A stretch of 63,772 nt of DNA, filler included, from Lama guanicoe (Eukaryota), in NCBI GenBank assembly GCA_013239625.1. It is 193 parts of 193 records of this genome, joined end to end, with 100 filler letters (N's around TTAATTAATTAA, not from the genome) between each part and the next. Parts side by side here need not be neighbours in the genome. Positions count along the whole stretch, not along the records: positions 61,226 to 61,456 come from PNXV01044016.1; positions 61,557 to 61,787 come from PNXV01044017.1; positions 61,888 to 62,118 come from PNXV01044018.1; positions 62,219 to 62,449 come from PNXV01044019.1; positions 62,550 to 62,780 come from PNXV01044020.1; positions 62,881 to 63,110 come from PNXV01044021.1; positions 63,211 to 63,441 come from PNXV01044022.1; positions 63,542 to 63,772 come from PNXV01044023.1; 185 more parts are not named here. The stretch is one strand, 5' to 3'. Below are positions 61,401-63,772 of the stretch, one piece after another. A program made the position numbers and the translations under genes. The notes beneath the pieces are model-generated. The model ran no database searches. It had not been told where the DNA came from and worked only from the letters and a program-made list of their open reading frames with translations. Position 1 is the first letter of the stretch. The number at the start of each line of letters is the position of its first letter.

Positions 61401-62880
61401 CGACTGCGGGCTGTTCAGATGCCACCTGCCTCGTGCCTGGCGTCCGCGAAAGAATGNNNNNNNNNNNNNNNNNNNNNNNNNNNNNNNNNNNNNNNNNNNN
61501 TTAATTAATTAANNNNNNNNNNNNNNNNNNNNNNNNNNNNNNNNNNNNNNNNNNNNGTCACCCTGATGTCCCCTCACTCGCTCTCCTTCCGGTGACAAAA
61601 GCACATGGCTGTGTCCTCAGGGACCCCAGAGCTGAGCTGCAGGGACACGTGGCCTTCAATGTGTCTCTGGAGATGGGGGGGAATATTTGGGGAGGCAGGG
61701 TGTATGCTGTCCAGCTCCCAGACCCATGCACCCCAGGGTCTGCTGGGCTCTCCCTGGGGGAGGATGGACCCAGACCCACCAGGAGGCNNNNNNNNNNNNN
61801 NNNNNNNNNNNNNNNNNNNNNNNNNNNNNNNTTAATTAATTAANNNNNNNNNNNNNNNNNNNNNNNNNNNNNNNNNNNNNNNNNNNNGATGTCAGTGGTC
61901 AAACCTGCCAGCACATGGAGCCCCAGAATGGAAGAATAGAGAGCAGAGAGATTCTAGTGACAATGTTAGAACCCCTGAATAAGACCCTCCTCTACATTCT
62001 CTGTTACTGCTTAGACTGCTCTGAGTTGGAGATACAGAATGGATCAACAAAATCAAATGTTGAAAAAAGGTCATATGGTGTGAAGATGAAGAAGAAATGA
62101 CTGGATTTGATAATTAGANNNNNNNNNNNNNNNNNNNNNNNNNNNNNNNNNNNNNNNNNNNNTTAATTAATTAANNNNNNNNNNNNNNNNNNNNNNNNNN
62201 NNNNNNNNNNNNNNNNNNAAGACCTGGCAGTTGCCTAGTGTGTTAACCCTCTGGGCACTCTGCTCACCTCTGCCCATGAGTTTGCCTCCACAGGCCTGCC
62301 TGTCCAGCTGAAGTAGTCATAGCCTTCCCAACAAGGAGACCGAGTCCTGCTTAGAACATGGAGGGAACAAGGGCGTGAGCATCAGCGGCCTGCAAGGTGG
62401 ACAGGACCACACGCTCGTCTGTCAGGTTAGCTGGGGTAAAGCCATGGACNNNNNNNNNNNNNNNNNNNNNNNNNNNNNNNNNNNNNNNNNNNNTTAATTA
62501 ATTAANNNNNNNNNNNNNNNNNNNNNNNNNNNNNNNNNNNNNNNNNNNNAATGAGAATCAAATTTAGAACCACGTGACAAAATATCTATTAAAAAATTAT
62601 ATGTTTTCATATGCACAATGGAAGCATAAAATCAAAATTTTAACAACAGCTATCTCAGATGAAGATGAGGAATTGGTAAAAAAAAGCGCCATGCATTTTT
62701 AGACGATTCTATTTAAAATATGTTTCTTACAATGGGATATAATATTTTCATAATCAAAATAACAAAAAAGCAACTTGAATNNNNNNNNNNNNNNNNNNNN
62801 NNNNNNNNNNNNNNNNNNNNNNNNTTAATTAATTAANNNNNNNNNNNNNNNNNNNNNNNNNNNNNNNNNNNNNNNNNNNN

Positions 62881-63110
62881 AGATAAACAAGGTTCTTCTG
62901 TATAGCACAGGGAACTATATTCAATATCTAGCAATAACCTATAATGAAAAAGAATATGAAAAGAAATATATATTTGTGTATAACTGAAACATTATGCCAT
63001 ACATCAGAAATTAACACAACATTGTATAGCAACTATATGTCAATTTAAAATATATATATATAAGACCTTATGGTAGCTCACAGAGAAAAAATGTGACAAT
63101 GAATATATAT
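62881..63110 (+). mobile_element. L1 3' UTR end followed by the start of a second L1 3' piece
   Basis: CTGTATAGCACAGGGAACTATATTCAATATC..CAGAAATTAACACAACATTGTA, then AAGACCTTATGGTAGCTCACAG.GAAAAAATGTGACAATGAATAT. Confidence 0.9.
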
Positions 63111-63772
63111 NNNNNNNNNNNNNNNNNNNNNNNNNNNNNNNNNNNNNNNNNNNNTTAATTAATTAANNNNNNNNNNNNNNNNNNNNNNNNNNNNNNNNNN
63201 NNNNNNNNNNTGGGGAATTTCAAGAGGTGACAGTTTAATTGGGAGATTGAAAATCTGGCTTGCTGGTAAGACATTAAATTGAGGAAGAACCCATCTTGGA
63301 GTCTTTCTACTTTTCTTTTTCAAATAGCATCCTCGTTATTTCCCTCCTTATTGTCCAAAACTCTGGGGGTACCAAAAGACTAAGGTTCAGTGTGGAGGAC
63401 AAGGAAGCCAGTCATAGGCAATGAAAGGAAAGGGGTCCCTANNNNNNNNNNNNNNNNNNNNNNNNNNNNNNNNNNNNNNNNNNNNTTAATTAATTAANNN
63501 NNNNNNNNNNNNNNNNNNNNNNNNNNNNNNNNNNNNNNNNNAAGAATAGTTTCTTCCACAGGTTTCTCAGTCCAACCTGTTTGAGACCCTCGATCCCCCT
63601 TACGGTTTTCATCTCTGTGGTCTCTTTGTATGGGACATTCATTCATATGTCACTTCTCTTCTCAGTCCACACATCTTGAAAACAATTAAATCATATTCTA
63701 TTAATAGTGTTTTCCAGTGGACTATTAAATATATATAAATGTTATTTTATATATAACTTTTAACAGGATACA

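Overview
This window is not a contiguous locus. It is 193 unrelated contigs of 229-231 bp joined by 192 identical 100-bp artificial linkers (N44-TTAATTAATTAA-N44, stop codons in all six frames). The DNA is placental mammal and very likely camelid, judged by several tRNA-Ala-derived Vic-1-type SINEs and cetartiodactyl-type L1/LTR pieces. Most identifiable content is transposon fossils (L1, L2, MIR, MLT1, MER20, ERV1 LTRs, one Charlie/Buster-type transposase piece). Gene-derived pieces are ITPA coding exon 1 with its promoter, a frameshifted PPDPF processed pseudogene, an ANKRD26/POTE-family ankyrin exon end, a MIA3/TANGO1-like exon, and two complete unidentified exons. Two GC-rich contigs are homologous with codon-phased divergence, suggesting an unidentified multicopy Pro/Gln-rich family. 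Most ORF-track entries are artefacts that end in the linker. Neighbouring contigs are not physically linked, so no multi-gene system can be supported. Repeat and protein family calls come from my recall of consensus sequences, not from a database search.
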